From the NCBI GenBank assembly GCA_964542415.1, contig CAZIVQ010000001.1, forward strand, positions 1 through 25,656: a stretch of 25,656 bases of DNA. Reading direction: 5' to 3'. The DNA comes from an uncultured Bacteroidia bacterium (lineage in GTDB: Bacteria; Bacteroidota; Bacteroidia; J057). Position numbers and translations under genes: made by a program. Under the pieces are notes generated by a model that did no database searches, was not told where the DNA came from, and worked only from the letters and a program-made list of their open reading frames with translations. Shown here piece after piece: positions 24,875 to 25,656 of the stretch. The stretch's first letter is position 1. The number at the start of each line of letters is the position of its first letter.

Positions 24875-25656
24875 GCACAGGCCGACATCGAGCGGTCGAT
24901 GGCCGTGGGTTTCAACGGGGCACGCCTGCACGAAAAAATCTTCGAGCCCCGCTTCCACTATTGGGCCGACCGCCTGGGCTACCTCACCTGGGGCGAGTAT
25001 CCCGACTGGGGCGTGAGCCGCACCTACAATGAGCCGGAAGCTTGGCTCAACCTCCTGCGCGAATGGCGGGAGGCCGTCATGCGCGACCGCAACCATCCTT
25101 CCATCATTGCCTGGACACCCATGAACGAAACCCACTCGGCCAAGCGGGGCTTCGAAGCCTACCGCCGGGCAGCAGAAGAAGTCTACGAGCTGACCCGCGA
25201 CCTCGACCCCACCCGACCGGTCAACGAGGCCAGCGGCTTTCTCCACATCAAGACCGACCTCTTCACCGTCCACGACTACGACCAGGATGCCGAGCGCTTT
25301 CGCGAGCGCTACCTCAAGGTGCATCCCGACAGCACCGACGTCTACCATCTCAGCTGGGATTGGTACGGCAAGGTACCCAAATACACCACCGAGTACGAAG
25401 GGCAACCCTACGTAGTGGACGAGTATGGCGGCACCTTCTGGCTACCGGAATATGCGAACGAGGCTCCCCGGGGCAATGGCCGCAGCAATTGGGGCTACGG
25501 CAAAAGTGAGGCAGAAGTCCTCAAGCTGATCACCGACCTGACCCTGGCCCTGACTGACAACCCCTACATCGCCGGCTACACCTACACCCAGCTCACCGAT
25601 GTGCAGCAGGAGGTCAATGGCATTTACACCTTTGATCGCAAACTGAAGTTTGATGC
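24875..25656 (+). pseudogene. 5'-truncated glycoside hydrolase family 2 (catalytic TIM-barrel part only), open to the window edge
   Basis: Hand translation from 24881: ADIERSMAVGFNGARLHEKIFEPRFHYWADRLGYLTWGEYPDW...RDRNHPSIIAWTPMNET...DPTRPVNEASG...VVDEYGG...GYTYTQLTDVQQEVNGIYTFDRKLKFD, with no stop. In-frame TGA at 24872-24874 and no room for the N-terminal GH2 domains. Not listed in the ORF track. Confidence 0.85.

Noticed and set aside
25042-25509. Track ORFs 24760..25032 and 25042..25509 as genes
   Set aside because: They are off-frame overlaps of the GH2 frame, which carries all the family motifs.
1-25656. CRISPR arrays, tRNA/rRNA, IS elements, integrases, REP-like repeat families
   Set aside because: No spaced direct repeats, T-loop/anticodon patterns, transposase or recombinase motifs seen. 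The terminator hairpins share no sequence with each other. A by-eye search could miss short degenerate repeats.

Overview
About 25.7 kb of gene-dense, mostly housekeeping chromosome from a GC-rich member of the Bacteroidota. The assignment rests on TAnnTTTG -7 promoter boxes, AT-rich start regions without Shine-Dalgarno sites, the rpmH-rnpA-S41 peptidase order, and the Bacteroidota-type ferredoxin/LuxC-like reductase pair. About 23 CDS are supportable: FMN reductase, rpmH, rnpA, S41 protease, ung, a cysteine-synthase-family enzyme, a DprE2-like SDR, DUF368, frr, gatB, ferredoxin, acyl-CoA reductase, a secreted caspase-domain protein, an M23 peptidase, an FAH-family protein, GGGP synthase, a PAD/agmatine deiminase, two GT2 glycosyltransferases, DUF1080, a Tat-exported Gfo/Idh/MocA oxidoreductase and three hypothetical proteins. 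A 5'-truncated GH2 reading frame that the ORF track missed runs off the right edge. I found no rRNA, tRNA, CRISPR array or mobile element. The best leads are: (1) a membrane-anchored protein with the Cys1-X-Cys3 architecture of animal TIMP metalloprotease inhibitors; (2) an exported lectin-like/Ig/caspase protein with an intact His-Cys dyad; (3) a DUF368 Und-P translocase followed by an orphan DprE2-like reductase; (4) an archaeal-type GGGP synthase heading a 4-gene run; (5) a headless GH2; (6) a sharp GC break inside the acyl-CoA reductase gene. All family calls come from motif recognition by eye, with no database searches.
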